NCBI GenBank assembly: GCA_964519795.1
Contig: CAZFKW010000004.1
Location: 1 to 25,065 of the forward strand
Source of the DNA: an uncultured Ramlibacter sp.
GTDB lineage: Bacteria > Pseudomonadota > Gammaproteobacteria > Burkholderiales > Burkholderiaceae_C
Length of the DNA stretch: 25,065 nucleotides
Direction of reading: 5' to 3'
The notes beneath the pieces are model-generated. The model saw nothing but the letters and a program-made list of their open reading frames with translations. It did no database searches and was not told the DNA's origin. Both the position numbers and the translations under genes were made by a program. Shown here piece by piece: positions 23,902 to 25,065 of the stretch (position 1 is the stretch's first letter; each line of letters begins with the position of its first letter).

Positions 23902-25065
23902 TTATGCGGCCTTGCGGCGGGTTCCCGGGATGGGTTGCATCGGCCATGCGACCACCAGCCACAGCACGATCGCCACTGTACAGGCGCCGAACAGACCGGT
24001 CGCACCCCAGGCCTTGACCAGGGTTCCGCCAAGCGCGCCGCCGGCGAAGAATCCGAGCGATTGCAAGGTATTGTAAAAACCCAGCGCAGCACCCCGCGCA
24101 TGCGGCGGCGCAGCGCGAGATGCGATGCTGGGCTGGCTGGCTTCCAGCACGTTGGAGGCATAGAAAAACAGGAACAGCGCCAGCGACAGCGCCGCGATGC
24201 CCGGGCTGCCGGCTGCCAGCAGGGCCAGCCCCGCCTGCACCAGCGCAATCAGGCCCACGGCTCCCAGGAAGACGGCACGCAGGTAGCCGCGCCGCTCCAG
24301 GGGGAACAGCGTCAGCCCCATGACAATGAAAGAGCCGAACACCGCCGGCAGGTACACCCACCAATGGTGCTCCTTGGGCAGACCTGCATCGACCAGCATC
24401 GCCGGCACCGCAACCCACATGGCCAGCAGCACGGCGTGCAGGACGAACACGCCAAAATTCAGGCGCAGCGTGGGGACGTGGCGCAGCACTTCGGCAAGAC
24501 TGCCTCGCGGCGGGTTCTTCTGCCTGGCCGGCTCCGGCGGCACCATCCAGATCACCACTGCAATACCGGTCAATGCCAGTGCCCCGGTGATGACAAACAG
24601 GCCGGACAGACCCACCCAGGCGGTCAGCAGCGGCGCAGCCACCAGTGACACGGCGAACATCAGGCCGATGCTGGCGCCGACCAGCGCCATCGCCTTGGTG
24701 CGGACTTCGTCCCGGGTCTGGTCAGCCAGCAGTGCAGTGACCACGGCCGACACTGCCCCTGCGCCCTGCAGTGAACGCCCGGCGATCAGGCCCGTCAAAG
24801 TGTCTGCCGCAGCGGCCAGGAAGCTGCCCGCTGCGAATACCAGCAGGCCGAACACGATCACGCGCTTGCGGCCCAGCCTGTCCGACGCCATGCCAAATGG
24901 CAGCTGCAGCGCGCCCTGGGTCAGGCCGTAGATGCCCATGGCAAGCCCGATCAGGGCGGGATCGTCGCCACCGGGGTATTTGTGCGCCTCCAATGCAAAG
25001 ACCGGCAGCACCAGGAACAGGCCCAGCATGCGCAATGCGTAAATGAAGGCGAGGGTTCCGCTCGA
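23902..25065 (-). CDS. MFS transporter, YajR-like (5' end beyond window)
   Basis: [40 protein letters not shown] (MFS motif A), GRSLQGAGA and LEASQPS. Frame open to the right edge. Confidence 0.93.
   Translation of the reverse strand, partial: SSGTLAFIYALRMLGLFLVLPVFALEAHKYPGGDDPALIGLAMGIYGLTQGALQLPFGMASDRLGRKRVIVFGLLVFAAGSFLAAAADTLTGLIAGRSLQGAGAVSAVVTALLADQTRDEVRTKAMALVGASIGLMFAVSLVAAPLLTAWVGLSGLFVITGALALTGIAVVIWMVPPEPARQKNPPRGSLAEVLRHVPTLRLNFGVFVLHAVLLAMWVAVPAMLVDAGLPKEHHWWVYLPAVFGSFIVMGLTLFPLERRGYLRAVFLGAVGLIALVQAGLALLAAGSPGIAALSLALFLFFYASNVLEASQPSIASRAAPPHARGAALGFYNTLQSLGFFAGGALGGTLVKAWGATGLFGACTVAIVLWLVVAWPMQPIPGTRRKAA

Noticed and set aside
1-25065. CRISPR array, tRNA/rRNA genes, known riboswitches
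   Set aside because: No regularly spaced repeats or recognisable structured-RNA signatures in the short intergenic regions. Covariance-model searches were not run.

Overview
GC-rich bacterial chromosomal window; gene content (Bug receptor, ssb next to a YajR-type MFS gene) suggests Burkholderiales/Comamonadaceae, which is an inference. Housekeeping genes sit at both ends: the 3' part of mnmA on the left, and ssb plus a YajR-like MFS transporter on the right. Between them lies about 22 kb (1397-23266) of 22 densely packed genes, mostly catabolic enzymes plus two regulators and a receptor, in several transcription units. (i) MmgE/PrpD protein, NDP-forming acyl-CoA ligase, acyl-CoA dehydrogenase, DUF3237. 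(ii) An Old Yellow Enzyme divergent from racemase, Cys-less thiolase-fold protein and DUF35 OB-fold protein. (iii) An 8-gene minus-strand operon: luciferase-like monooxygenase, family III CoA-transferase, crotonase, degenerate flavin-reductase-like protein, SDR, MaoC hydratase-2, VOC protein, flavin reductase-FCD fusion. (iv) LysR, SDR and Bug receptor. (v) 2-hydroxyacid dehydrogenase with a second LysR, and a divergent tandem-EthD protein. I do not recognise this as a characterised pathway, and the substrate cannot be determined from sequence. The most notable items are the reductase-FCD fusion, the degenerate reductase paralog, the Ltp2/ChsH-like retro-aldol module and an apparently damaged 5' end of the racemase gene. 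No integrase, transposase, RNA gene or CRISPR array was seen. All family calls come from motif recognition by eye, not database searches.
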